64,000 nucleotides of DNA, from positions 124,001-188,000 of the forward strand of contig NW_020844410.1 of assembly GCF_003704095.1 (NCBI RefSeq). The letters run 5' to 3'. A program made the position numbers and the translations under genes. How positions within the stretch are numbered: position 1 is the stretch's first letter; each line of letters starts with the position of its first letter. The notes beneath the pieces were generated by a model. That model worked only from the letters and a program-made list of their open reading frames with translations, was not told where the DNA came from and did no database searches. The stretch comes from Pocillopora damicornis (taxonomy: Eukaryota). Shown here one piece after another: positions 12,501-26,000 of the stretch.

Positions 12501-15500
12501 GAATCAGTATTTCATGGCGAGCGGAACCCGTGACTATCGACACGCCGGTGCCTTGGCTCACTTAATGTCCTGCACACTGAGGCTGGGACTTGAGCGCAAT
12601 GGCGACTTCGAAAATTCTCGTTAAAAGTGATATTCATTCATTTAATGGGAGAGATAAACATATAAATAATTCTGTTCGGGCTGACTGTACCTCCAAGCTC
12701 TTCTAGTTCTTTCCTCTTCTTCTCGCTTTCATCAAGCGCCTCTTTTGTCTCCATTAATTCCTGTGTAGTAATCGCCAGTTGATGTTGGATTTTCTCCACA
12801 GCTTCCCCAGACGTTTCTCCTGCTCCAACAACAATACCACTGTCTCCACTACCACCTGAAGACGCTGAAAGCGGGGTTGAGGTAACAATTCCCTGCCCAC
12901 GGTTTCCTGGGGCTCCTGGTTCGGGTGAGGTGCCAGTGAAAGGAGCGTGGACCTGTGCTTGCGTCGTCAGGCTGGTTACACTCGACTTCCTTATTTCATC
13001 TGCCAATAGCGCGTCGGCTAACTCCTCTGTCAATAACAGGAGATATTCAAGAAAGTAATCAACACTGCGCAACATGGCTTTAGCCATAGTTAAAAACGGA
13101 TTTCCTAGCCCTGGTTCTTCGAAGGGTGGATAATGCTATCCACTTGGTAAATCTTTATCCGATGGATTACTCAATATGTTTTGTAAACACTCATCCGCTG
13201 GATGGCGATTTATCCCTTGAATAGTGTTGAGGAACCGGGGCCTCGCTATATCGACCCAATTACACTCTTGTTAGATATACCTGGTACCTCTGTTCACTTG
13301 TTTAGTGCAATGAGGCCCGGTCCATTTACTAGCCTGCTACGAATTACCCACGAAATATCCAACATGAAAGTTTTTTTAAACAGAAAAAGCTTTTGCACTC
13401 GACAAATTAAACATCCAATGGCCAACCCACGAAAAGAACTCTCCTGCCCCGTAGACCTTCATTGTATCATAGCTTGTACCATAATCTTCATCTAATATTA
13501 AAGTTATTGAATCTTACCAAGTCCTCCGAGATCCAGTTCCTCGTCGTCATCATCACCCCATCCGGAATCAGGAGTGCCATTTCTGGATCTAACATCCCTC
13601 ACAGGCACAGTATCCAAATCTGACCCTGTGAAATATCAACAATTAATTGTATCCTAAGGTTTTGAAAGTCCTCGGCAGCAAGCCATTTCTGTAAATTTCT
13701 ACTGTAGAAACTGTTATGCTTTATCTCAAAGACTAAAAATTACTAAATAATGCTCGAAGTTGCAGTTTACACCAAACAGAGTGACCATTTCTGTAGCAAT
13801 GTACATACGAAGTGTAAAAACGGTAAAGTCACTGGAGAAGTTTCCACTAACCATAGCTAAATCCTGGGCTATGTCGGCCTCTGACTGCACCAGATGAAGG
13901 CCATTCACCATAAGGCTCCTCTGATCGAACTAACAAGAGAAACATGAACGGATTAGCTCAGTAAGAGCAAAGCCAAAAGCTATCTTATTACAACCAAAGA
14001 TGCAAAATTGTTATAAAAGCATGCTCAACATTTGACGAAATGAAGGGAAAAACAGGCTCGTGGAAAAGAAACTGTTATGAACCAGTATTTATGGAGGGAA
14101 AACCAGTATAAAGCCATACAATTCAATATTAGTAAAAATTAATAAAAGGATTCTGGCAGTCACAAGGAAAATTTTGATGATTGTTGGGAAGGGACAGGGG
14201 TGTTTTCTGTACCTGCTCCTGGCGTTGTTGTACGAGATCTTGGTGCGTCTACAAGCCGTCTTGCTTGCACTCTGTACAGTACATCCACAACTTCATCATT
14301 GTTAGTGTTCAGACTCGGTACAACACCAGCTAAAACAATACGAAGATTTTCAAAGTAAGTTCTTTAGCATCTTTTGCAGGGGAAAGTTTGCCTAGTTATT
14401 CAAAAATATATATCTTCATAAATTGATTTTAAAAATGTACAAATTAGACTCCCTGTAGCTAAATGTCTCAGAAGATCTTCTCTAAAACAGGGAAGAAAAT
14501 AATTTATCTCATTTTATATAGTAAGCAACGAAACCAAACCATGAAGGCAACATCAGGACAACTTGAATATAAAAATAAAAAAAAAAAACAAAAGAATCTT
14601 CTCAATGATTTCACTTTCAAAATAGAATGCACTTGCAGGGAAAGGTCTTGAAATCAAGATGCCTTTCCACTTGTAAAGCCAGTTGAGTTTTATAAATGTA
14701 CAGGTAAGTTATAAATGCAAAGCAAGACTCTTCACATACTCTCCATCTTCCTGGATATCATTCTTGCTGCAGCTCTGTCAAATGCTTGTTGTTCAGCCTC
14801 CGGCAGAAGTTCACTTAGGTAATGTAACATCTGCAGTTTAGCTCCATCATCAAGGACAGGTTCCAGTGCATTGATTAGTCTCTGTACATTTCTAAAGATA
14901 AGAAACAGACCCTTAGATAATAATCCTCTCTACATCCAGAGAATGCTCTCAGACCCCTTTCTGATAGCAATCCCGTATCCACCTAACCATTGGTTATAAA
15001 TTTAAGACAAATAAGACTCATTTTTATAAAATGATGGGAAAGTTTTCTCACTAGTTACCTGTCTCTACTGTACTGATCAAGGCTCTGCTTTACCACAAGT
15101 TGCTCTCCACGTGTAAGTAAATGACTCATCTGTAGGTTGGTGAATCAAAATGAAGCTTTGTTATAATTGTAATTACCAAAAGTCAAAAGTTAATAATGTT
15201 CTGTCCATGTGGCATCTGAAGACAAAAACTGATGAAAAAGTGTTGACATGAATGAGCAGTTCTGGAGAATTAATGAGACAAAATCACATAAAAATTGTAA
15301 AGCGAAGTACCTGTATTTTGAACTGGCGGGAAAGTGTTTGCAAGTCACTTCTGTTATACCCAGTTCCATTTATGAAGAGATCACCTCTGCGGGAGAAAGC
15401 CTTGGATGCTCTTGAGGAACACCTTGACACAGTTGCAGGTCTCTCATTTTCAAAGGTCACAGAAAGCTGTGAAGACTTGCTGGATGACGGCAGGGATGAG

Positions 15501-18500
15501 AGAGACGACTGATGCTTTAATGCACTCATGGGGCGCCATTGAACTAATAAGCTTGGTTTTGAACCACTTCCTTTCAACAGCTGCACTACATGTTGATGTG
15601 ACTTTCCTCTGCAGAAAACAAATTAATGCATATTTAGATGACTTTAATTGATGCAACCTTCTGTCAGCTGATTTGAATGACTACCTCACCTTACAGTCAA
15701 AAAATCTGCATTTTTGTTTAATTCAAAGTACATATTTTGGTTAGTACTGTTTGCGGCAAAATTGGACAAAAAATTATTTATATTAGGGCAGAAGTTTCAA
15801 GAGGAAGAATCTAAATTTACTCTGACCATCAATGTTTTTTACTAGATTAATGAGTAAAAAAAGAAGCATTATCCTTCTATGAAGGCTTAATGAAGTAATA
15901 ATCACAGTTTGTATGTGATACCTATGGTTAAGTATATGGTATGTACAAGCAAGTACAGTGTAGGATAGTTCATAATGAAACTTTTACTGCACCTGACATT
16001 TAGTCCATTTATCTCAAGTATATGGTCACCACCTTTAATCCCAGCCTGAGAAGCTGCTCCTCCTACAAAAAAGAAAGTCATTGGCCAGTGAGAGGATTTC
16101 AATCAGAACCACCTTAGAATTTTTTTGGCTGTCTCACATGTATCCCCAACCATGACTAGCACTTAACAAATTTTGCTACAGAATAAGAGCTATGGGTCAG
16201 CCCAGATTTACTCATAAAAACTGTGTGAAATGGGCTAACTTTGAAGTAATTTCAGTTAATATAAATCAATTTTCTTTGTTAGCCTCACATTTTCACAACC
16301 TTTCTAAATAATCACACCTTCCATGTAAGTTATCTGTTCTCTGCCTAGTCCTAACTGCCATCTAATCTGATTGTCCATGCAGGTACAATATGCCTGGAAA
16401 TTGTGTGAAAGATGATATCTCCAATTGCACTTACTGTAACTACCAGCCAAAAGCATACCCTGCATGTATGTCAGCCTCTAAGTGGCTAGAGAGAACTTGA
16501 TACATACAAGTTTTCCTCACTAAATTTATCTCCTAATACAAACAAGACTTACAAACACTTTGAACAAACACTTACCCCTGTCAACAGATTTAACAAACAC
16601 AGGAGAATCCCCACTGAGTGTAAATCCAAACCCTGACCCAGGTCCCTCTCTTATTATTCTTACAGTCCTGTGCATCGCAAACAGTGAAGTCTTCAAATCA
16701 GTAAAACTTGTCCCATTAAAATACTAAATTAACCCTTTCACTTCTTGGCATGACCAGGAAGTAATTTTTCTAATCAAAAGCAGGATTACATGTAAGCAAT
16801 GCAGGGAGTAATTTGGTACAAATGCATGTGTATACTTACTTTTCAAAAAACATTTAAATGTGCATAACTATATGCAGGCAGTAATGTTTTTACCCTTAAC
16901 TCCCATAAGTGACCAAGACAGAATTTCTCTTTGCAATTTCAATACAAAAATGAGCAGGCAAGTGATGAGAATAATGAATAATATCAATTAGGGGATTGTT
17001 AGTTGATCCAATACAAAATTCTCCTTATTAACATCATGAGAATTGTATGGCAGACAGTAAGGAGAATTACCAATGAGATCTTGGGAGTGAAAGGTTAACT
17101 GAAGTTTTTATGAATTCTCATCACTAAGAATTGCTATATTTAATGTTACACTGATTACACTTTGAACAGTACCCATAACTGATTGCAATGAGGTTCAATT
17201 TTATCCTGGGCACCAATTTTAGTGGCTGAACACTTCAAACCCAAAAAACAATGATACTTGCCTCGGTGGAGCAGCCATATTCTCTCTTGATTGCCGTCTT
17301 GCTAAATTCTCCCTGAACTGATTGGCGTGAGTTGTTCCGACTGACCATGTTCTAAGAGAAAGATTTCAGCATTAAGGCAAGGTTGGGCGAAAAGCTAAAG
17401 GAAGCCCATCAGATTCCCTACTGACATTCCCTACTGTTTACACTAAAGGAAAGAAGAGCTGTAAATCTATCATGGTTCTCTATAAGTATACAAAGAATAA
17501 GGGAGTTTCAACCAAGAACCTTAGCCAACAAAATTTCAAGATTGCCTTTAAACTGTTTAGTGTTTTCCCTTAGGAAGCAAACAAAACATGCAATTGTGAG
17601 CAACTTACCCAAACCTGCCAAGAGCAGGAGTGTTACTGCTATTATATTCTGGAAACTCTAAGTCAGTGCCGCTGGAGAAATCTGGGAGGAGGTCTTCATC
17701 AACAGATTGTTTCTCGGAATGCGTTATTTCACCATTCATTCCAACCAAGATGTCAAATAGTGGCTTTTCCCGTTTGGGGATGAAACTCCTAAAAGATAAA
17801 AAAAAATTAAATTAAAAACAGATAGTAATGTTGAAAAAATTTATCAACCTAACAACATTTCTAAGTTCATTAAAATCTATACTTATTAAAGACAAATAAA
17901 TAATTTCAAAAAAGAAATAAACAGAGCAATTGATGAATTATGAATAAGAACAGGAAGTATAATGTACAGTAAAATGAGGAAACAGCTCCTAGAGTAATGC
18001 TAATGACTTCACAGTTTTGGTGCAATGGTGTGACTGTCTAGTAAACTAGGTAATTACTTGGGAATAAAACTAGATAGACCACCCCAGTTTGTTATAATAA
18101 TAAGATTAAATATGAGCAAAAATAATTACCCAACCCATCATGTCAAGAAAATCTACATGACTGCAGGAGGAGAGGGCAATATGAAATTTCTGCTTTTCCT
18201 CTATATTTCTATGTTATATCAGTAAATTTGAAGTCATTTACCTTTGATTCATAATTTTCCTATTTGAAAAAGAAAAGTGGAGCAAAGTTTTCTCTTGATA
18301 AGCAAATCAGAGAAGCAAGACATGACAGAACTGTTGATGCAATTTATCTATTTTTTAATACAATACCTGATGTCTCGCAGCAGTTTTCTTTCCACTGGAG
18401 TTTTAAGTATTCTTTTGAGATTCTGTGCCAGTTGCTCAACAGATCTGTCTCGTGCATATTGATTGAGGGCCTTGACAAGCTCCTTCTTAATGCTTTCATT

Positions 18501-20038
18501 GCCAGCTAAGTAATAATTCATCTTTAAGAGAAAACAGCAAAAGTCAACTACATTACTACCAATAATTCTGAAATCAGCTCCCCATACAATTGACAGCTGT
18601 CAGTGGTTAAATATGTCATATAAAATAGTTCACTTCATCTTTGGTACACAATGGTCAATATACTTTTTATGTACGATAATTGTGGTTTTTTTTTTCTTAT
18701 ATTTTTAAAATAGCAATTTTATGTCACAAACTTCACCACTTATGCCACTCAAAAGTCAGTTGTTATTTAACTGGAATTTAATTAAAAGCGGGAAGTAAAT
18801 ATTGTCTGTTCTTTCAGTTTCGATTGTCCAAAATAAAGATTCATGTATCAGCCAAAAGAATTTGATACACTATAGCCTGCTATCAAATATGGTAGTCAAA
18901 TCTTTATTCATGTTTTCTAGCAAGCATTTGAATCTTGAGTTTATCTTTACATCATTCCGGGAATTTTGTACAACAATTAACTTGTCATAAACTTACAACC
19001 ATTGTGTTATCTTGGATTGAAAGAAAAACCCACTGATTGCTTTTATGGTCTTGAAAATGTTAAACATTTTTCTTCCTTCCCATTTGTTGACAAATCAAAC
19101 AAGTTAATGATAAGTCAAAAGGCTGGGCGAGCAATACAGCCCATGTAATGTAATTGACGTGTAAAATCTACGAAATTAAAAGTACGGAATTATAATAATA
19201 TGCATGAACAATTGAAGTTGAATCGAACAAAATGCGTGTTCATCTTTCTTTGTCTTGGAATGTGTCAAGAATACAACAGTCCAACGGAAAACGTATCATT
19301 TTGACAAATGGAACAACATTGGGGTTTGTAATCGCTTTAACAGAAATGTCATACAACTTGACCAATATCTAATTATCCTTATTTCGCTACCCAAGTGTAA
19401 ACTTATGTGTTTGATGTCCATACAAAGACAAGAACGTGGATCAATAATAAATAAACTCTGCAAAACAGCGGTGTAGAACTGACCTGCACGAAGAAATCTT
19501 TAGCTCTCTTGTATCGCGAAGACGAACTCTTTCCTTCTTTTTTATCTGTAATTCCGATGTCTGCAGCTCCGGCAATGAGGACTATAGAAATTGTAGGTCC
19601 ACAAGTATCTATCATTTCTCCAACTTGATTCTCGTTCATATGTCTGAGGTTAACACCATTTAAACGGAGAATTAAATCTCCACGACGAATGCCAACGTTC
19701 TGAGCCGGGCTTCCCTGCTCTACATCCGCAATGAAGACAGGACCCTTTCCGCGAACTGCAAAACCAAACCGTCCTCTTCTCCGACGCAGATCAAACGTTC
19801 GAATGCGTGAAATTACAGCGAGCGCTGGAGGGACAGTTCGCGATCGTTTTGCCAATAGGATTATTTCTTCCTTGCTTAATCCTTGAACGTTTTCCCCATT
19901 GACTTCGAGTATTTGATCACCGGGTTGAAGTCCCGCTCTTTGAGCGACTGAATTTTCGTCAACAGACAGGATGACAACAGGAGCTCGTCCGCCGACGGTA
20001 AAACCGAAAGCTTCGGGCCATTTTTCGTTCGTACTCAT
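3538..20038 (-). CDS. GRID2IP: Delphilin/GRID2IP-like formin: PDZ-PDZ-HN-PDZ-HN-coiled coil-FH1-FH2 plus a ~900-aa Pro/Ser-rich tail; 28 coding exons, ~2130 aa
   Basis: Exons in transcript order: 20038-19484 (two PDZ), 18521-18367 and 17788-17609 (harmonin-N-like), 17351-17262, 16667-16576, 16062-15993, 15608-15311 (third PDZ, GFGFTL), 15129-15059, 14891-14740 (second HN), 14329-14213, 13929-13852, 13625-13518, 13026-12691, 12448-12350, 12127-11910 (FH1 polyPro, LKRVNWEKL..DTVW), 11294-11213, 11136-11074, 10556-10429 (NIAILL), 10181-10113, 9831-9745, 9520-9452, 8914-8828 (GNYMN), 8590-8461 (KLSNTKT), 8230-8178, 8052-7975, 7422-7258, 6821-6750, 6228-3538. Total 6393 nt, with phases consistent throughout. 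Confidence 0.88.
5893..6090 (-). repeat. Coding 33-bp tandem repeat, 6 copies, encoding a PSSPRxASPNS-like 11-mer
   Basis: Translation: PSSPRVASSNS/PSSPRVASPNS/PSSPQVASPDP/PPSPREASSDL/PSTPRLASPNS/PSSPRFASPNS. Confidence 0.9.
6960..7200 (-). repeat. Interspersed repeat family; related copies at ~28893-29145 (+) and ~8290-8430
   Basis: Shared motifs such as ccaatcagaactca(aag), aaacgcg(g/a)gaaaacg and ...caattgaaaa... between copies in different introns. Confidence 0.6.
8961..9167 (+). repeat. Intronic composite minisatellite: ~36-bp unit built from (CAGA)n, about 5 copies
   Basis: Repeated acagacagacagagaaacacagacagacaggcagatat. It produces the spurious ORFs at 8851-9210 and 8950-9162. Confidence 0.92.
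13110..13240. repeat. Interspersed repeat with palindromic tatcc.ctggata motifs; second copy at ~27935-28060
   Basis: Both loci carry gtggat..cgctatcc.ctgg.taaatct.tatcc..tggat....tatccgctggat(a/g)gcg.tt. Confidence 0.65.
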
Positions 20039-23000
20039 GATGACAACAGAAGAATCAGCTCAAATTTGAAGCTTGAAAAAAAAACTCGAGAATTTTCCTT
20101 GATGTTTTCTTTCCACCACAAAGTCGTTTGTTTATCAAAAACTGATCCTTCTCTCGATTAAGCCATCCATTAATAGCACAAACATCTAAACCAGGGTGCC
20201 AAAGTTATAACAAACTTTCCATAAAGTTTTCCGTTTTGAGAACGCCTTTCGCTTCAGCGATTAATTTGTTATCTTGGAATCCTTGCTGTTTAGATCCACG
20301 ACAAGTTGATGACAATAAAAGCAAGTGGAGATAGAGACACGTTTTCGAAGAGTAGCTTAACGCGGATTGACAGGGTCGGCGACGCTAAATATGAAACCAG
20401 GCAACCAGACCCGCAACAGCGTATAGGTTTCACTGTAGCAACGAAATGTCGACAAAACCGTAAAATTTCTTTCTCAAACACAATGTTTCCTTGGATTTGA
20501 TACTTAACTCACGCTGCAAAATTGAAGAATGAATCCAAGTTGTTAGTTCAAAAACGGAGACGTGATTGTTTAATCCATTCCCTGCGCGGTATTAAGTTAA
20601 AACAATTCTCTACTTCCAATTACGCTGTTGTTCGCCCAGCCAAATCACCACAATTATTCATGCTAATGGCATGACGACTTAAGCACATCCCGACCAAATT
20701 TGCATATCTTTAAAATTCTGAAATCCAACGTAGTCATCGTCGACAGAGAAAAGATTCCGAAGCTGTAGACTGCCGAACCGAAGCTCACTCTGTTCATAAC
20801 AAGCTACGCTCAAAAAGAATCTTGGGTATTTTTCTAAAGAGTCCTTCAGAGTGTTTGAAAGAATTTTGTCATGGGCAAAATAAACATTCCTTGATAGCCA
20901 CCCTTGACCTTACGTCATAATCTGGAGACAAAGCGTTGTAACGCAAACTCTTCATCCGAGAGGAAATGGAAGAAATGAATTACTAAAGAACCCCTAGAGT
21001 AGCAAAAGGACGAATTTCTCATTCTACGCGCTTGGATCCAGCTCTTCAACCGTGACGGAACTAAATTAGTTTTCTGCGAATGTAGATTTTGGCTGTCTTC
21101 ATAGTTCTCATAATATTTATTCAGCGATCTTGTTTTGCTATGTGCTCGATACGTTTACTTAACGAAGAAAAAACTACACGATTGGCCTATGTTAGAGAAA
21201 TGGGACACCCGCGATCCAAGTAAAATCGATCATTAATCGAGTTAAATATTTAATTATAAATATCTGACCTGGCTTGCCAGCTTATGTTGTCAAAAAAAAA
21301 ATGATATGCCGTTCATTTGTGAATGGAAAATTTACCTGATAACTTAGGTCAATTAGGAGAAACATCATCAATAAAAATTTCGAGCGTAAAATCATTTACA
21401 CCTCAAACCATCGGATGTCAGTTCACAAAAGATTTCGAAACTATGAAAAAGTCACGGTATTGTAAATGACGTCATCGGGAATGTTGACGTCACAGTTTGT
21501 GGCTCTGAGGTTCTTTTTCTCAACGAACTTAACTGTCAATTGGAAACAACCACTACCCGATTTAAGTCTAATCATCAGTTTGTCGGAAGGCGAGATTTCA
21601 CTTGACCTGCTGATCCGTTGCTGAGAAAAATTTCTCGTTGTTAACAGAGAAACAGAGGAATACAATAACGATCGACTGAATTGTTTCTCCATGTTTGCAT
21701 CAGTTCATCTCAGATTCAACGAAGTTTAATTTCCTCTCAGCACTGTTTTTTTTTTGTACGTGCCATGTTCAAAGCAGAGGAAAACCCAGATTAGCTTAAA
21801 TAATTTCTCCGTGGTAAGAGGTCAACTTTAAGCATGTTAACTCGCGTGACCCCCTCATTACGCATTTATCACAAAGTCTGGCTTCTTCTTTTTTTAATGT
21901 CGGAAGGCCTTTTTCCACTACTACATTTGATTTTTTTTCATTGCAGTTTAGAACACTTTTACACCCGTCATCCATGATACTATAACGATTTCTTCAGAGA
22001 TGAAGAAGGAAAAAAAAGAAGGATTGTCATTAACATGAACAATGATAAATCATTTACATCTATTACGCTCATGCCAACCTGCACGTCTGCTGAAAGTGTT
22101 AGCAAAAATATTTTTTCTTTATAAAAACAGTAGCGCACAGTGGGAGGTGTGCAGCATACTTCCTCGTGAGACCAATTCTAATCGTTACTGGACTAACGTT
22201 ACTAACGTTTAACTATATGTGTCGCTCACGAGTTCCAGTGCTAGAGAAGAATTTGTATTATAACGAAATCATGCCTTAATTTTGGCCCATTATTCATAGC
22301 TAATCACCAGTCTTAAAATCTTTGTTTTCCTATCTGAGGATGGCCAGAATTCCTATTGCCATCGTAAATTTCTGATTTCTAATCGGAAAAATTTTATTTA
22401 AGTGAGAAGGCTAAATGATTAAAGTGGCCACGCGATTTCAAGTGACAAAATTAAATTTTTAATGAGCTTTGTCACTACACAGACAGGAGACTAGAATAAA
22501 CCGAAAGAGATTAAAGAAGGCTTTGAGGATGGTCTAGATCCCATTACACGGATTTTTTGCTAAAAAAAAAAAAATAGGGGCAATTTTCTTGAAGAACAAA
22601 CCTGACCCACGGTAGTTCCTTTTCATGATGCAAATTTCTTGATTGTCAGTTTCTTGAAACGAAAAGCGATTTTGTTTTCGATTATCTAATCCGTCGTTCA
22701 ATACTTCAACACTCTAATGTCCCCATGAAAGAAAACTAAAAGCTGCTTATATGCTATACAGAACTATGATGAGGTTAACAATCTTTTTCACTACATTTTC
22801 ATCTTCGCGGGCGCGCATAGTAAAGCAGGTTGTGCGCGCGGGCAGGCTTGTTGTCGTGATGGTATTAAGAAAACGTCAAAATCTATTATGACGTCATGAA
22901 GACCGCTCTTTTACAAAGCAACCACTGAGGTGTTTGCACTTACAGAGCTACTCGGCAAACAGCTTCCTAATGTAGATACTTGAGTAAATCTAGACAGCCT

Positions 23001-23078
23001 AAAAGATCGAAGTTTTTAATCAACAATGAGAATTTATCTTAAGAAAAGAATGTGCGCGGTGGATGAACTATTTTTGCC

Positions 23079-26000
23079 ATGACAGAGTCGGAAAAGGATT
23101 CAAGCACTGTCACAGAAGGTATGTGCCTAACATATCCGCAGTAATAACCATAAACTTTTCGCTGGATGGTGTTAATATCCCATTTATGGAAGGTCTTACG
23201 CTCGAGTCAGTGAGATTCTCCGAGATTTTGTTTACAGAGATATATATTTTCGTTGTCTTAAAATTGAACGAACGAAAAATTTGGGAACTCTTCCAGACGA
23301 GATCAAGGAAATAGCTACGTTTTACCAAGTTGTACAAAAAGTTGAAAATTGTTCATGACTTAAAACAAAGCAAACACTTATCTTAGGTAAACTAATAAAA
23401 CAGAATAATTGATTCAAGGGTCACTTGAAAAGAAACCGGTGCAACTCTAATGCTTGTGTATGATCGAGCCAGCACGGAAACAAGATGTGCTTATTTCAAT
23501 TTTTCATTATAAACTTAAAAACAAAGCATTTGATTACAGCGCATCCTGCGATGCCCATCGGAAGCACTTACAAGTTTGAAACAGTTAATTTAGCATTTCC
23601 ACTCTAATAGATCGGCATATCATCTAATTTATAGCGACGTTGTTTACTTTGGAAATCTAATGGATCGAGCCGACAAAGCTTATATTGAATCGCCAGCAGC
23701 TAGGAAGAAGTAGCTGAGTGTTTGCTGCAGGCATAAGTGTACCGGTTTTGATCGATTTTCAATGATGTTTGTCCCTATTAGAAACCGTTTATGACAAATC
23801 AACAGAAAACATCTCGTAATTTCGTTCCACTTCACCACAAAATGATTCCTAATATTCATTTAAACAGAGGTCTCATCAGTAATCCCCGAATTTGATTTGA
23901 TCATTGTCAACTTGTCAAGAGAAACTTCACGAGAAAACTTTTTTTCTTTCAACTTCGCAATAAACATGGTAAAAGCGCGCTTTATCTTAACGTTTTCGCG
24001 CGGACACAGACAGTTCTGACACCACTTCGAATTCCTAGGGAACTAAAACCATTCCTAACCAAGTGAGTCCCGGCGACACTATCAAAACGTAAATAAAGTT
24101 TGATTGGCCGTGAAAACGTAGCAACTTTGATTTTTCAATAACTATAGGCATCACTTTATGCCCTTATATTAAACTAAAATATTATATAGTAATATTATAC
24201 TATCACTTGAAGCGATTCCGGCAAATAATTTTGTTTTAAGATATCTCGCCCTAACTTCTAACCATTGTAATGTTGCTTCTTACTTTCAGGTGCGACGCAA
24301 AACAATCGGAACTTCTTCAACAGTACTTCAGAGTTTTTCAAATGGTAATTTTATAAAATTTATTACTTTCTTCCTCATTTCATTATATTTCTATAAAAGA
24401 TGTTTATCAAACTCTATCGTCCTTTTCTTTCCATAGCAACTGGAAAGTGATTTTACCTTTTATTGCTGTAATTCTACTGTTCTCTGTTACCGTTTTCACG
24501 AAAAAGGACATCACTTTTGCAGTCAACATCTGGGTTTTTCCAAGTAAGCACTGCTTTTATTTCATCAAGCAAACATGATGCACTTTTAGTTACTTCAGAG
24601 CTAAATCAAAGCCAATCCCGCTCCCAGAGCTTCCTTCACTCGTGTCCAGCGAGACTGACTAACAGCTAATTCCTCTTTCACCAATAATGATCGTCTTTAT
24701 AGGTTTTGCTGTGCTCATGGCATCCTATGTGTGTTCAGTTCTCAGTGTGCAAAACTGGATTCCTGCTCTCCGACATCAAGGTATGCGAACAACTCAAAAC
24801 AACTGTTAGAAATTTCTTTAGCTACTTGAGTGTAGTATTTTCAACCATTACTCTCTCCCCATTCCCCTTTGTGTGTTTTTAAATTTAGCCAATCACGTTC
24901 AGAGCGCTTAAATTTGAGTTAGAAGTTTAGATGTGAACATTCACTTTTTTGTGCGTTGAGTTTTGTCAGTTAACAGTTTTTCTTCCTTACGCCTTGCTTT
25001 CGTTTGGATTTTAAGGGCCTCTTATTTAAACGAGATCTAACCCAAACCGCGGTTTTCCGCAAGCAGTTGGCCTCGGTGATTCTCCATAAGAGGGCTGATT
25101 TAATTTAAATAGATGTCCGTCTACTTTTAGGTTTCGGCCTGTTGACACTGTTCGAAAAAAACTGATTATTAGATAAAAGGTTCGGCTAAATTGAAGAAGG
25201 CTTAGAGCGTGGTGACGGCTAAACTTTGTTTAAATAGCCGGTCCCAAGAATTTTGGAAGGATCTATTTTAAGCCAAATATTGATTTCAATTTAGTACATT
25301 TATGACACACGCAAAAACAATACTTGGTACCTCGATTTTTCTTCAGACTTTTGGCAAAATCAAGGTCCGCCATTTTATCCAGTTGTCAATGCAGCCCCTG
25401 CTCCACCCCCACCACCAAGCTACCCTCCCCCTCCTCCACCTAACACCATAAAAGGACATAAGGGCCAACGAATCGACTGTAGAAAACTGTCTTGGGAGCA
25501 ACTCAGCCCAGACCTCCTCAAGCAAGACACCATCTGGAAAAAGGTGAAATTGAAACTGCTACAGCTGTGTACATATAGTTTTATATCAAAATGTTTTAAT
25601 TCGCTGTTATACCGTATAGCTTTGGTAATGTAAAAATTGTTGTTGTTCTGGATCAACACTTGCTGTATGTTTCTTCAAAAACACTATTAATTCCCCCATA
25701 AAAAAAAAATGAAAAACATTTCTAAAAGTTACCGACTCCTTAAGGGGAAAGACGGGGTTTCTTTTTCATTATATGAAGAGACTGTTGTCTATGTTTTAGG
25801 TTACCCTGAGAGCAAACAAGTAATTTGTGCCGTCAGGAATTTAATCCAGATCTTACACTGATCCCCATATGTATTTCATCTCCTTCGTTTAACTCACTTA
25901 GAATAACGCTTTTCTCTGATTGAACTTATTCCTCATTTAGGTTAAAGAACATCTGCCTTTGGAAGGTATTTTTGACTCTGATGATATAATAAGGGAATTT

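Noticed and set aside
24342-24780. Alternative Cys-rich reading frame from ATG 24342 (MQLESDFTFYCC...KFCCAHGILC...) as the formin N-terminus
   Set aside because: It ends in phase 2 while the FH1 exon needs phase 1, so it runs out of frame to a stop. No phase-correcting exon was found. At most a uORF.
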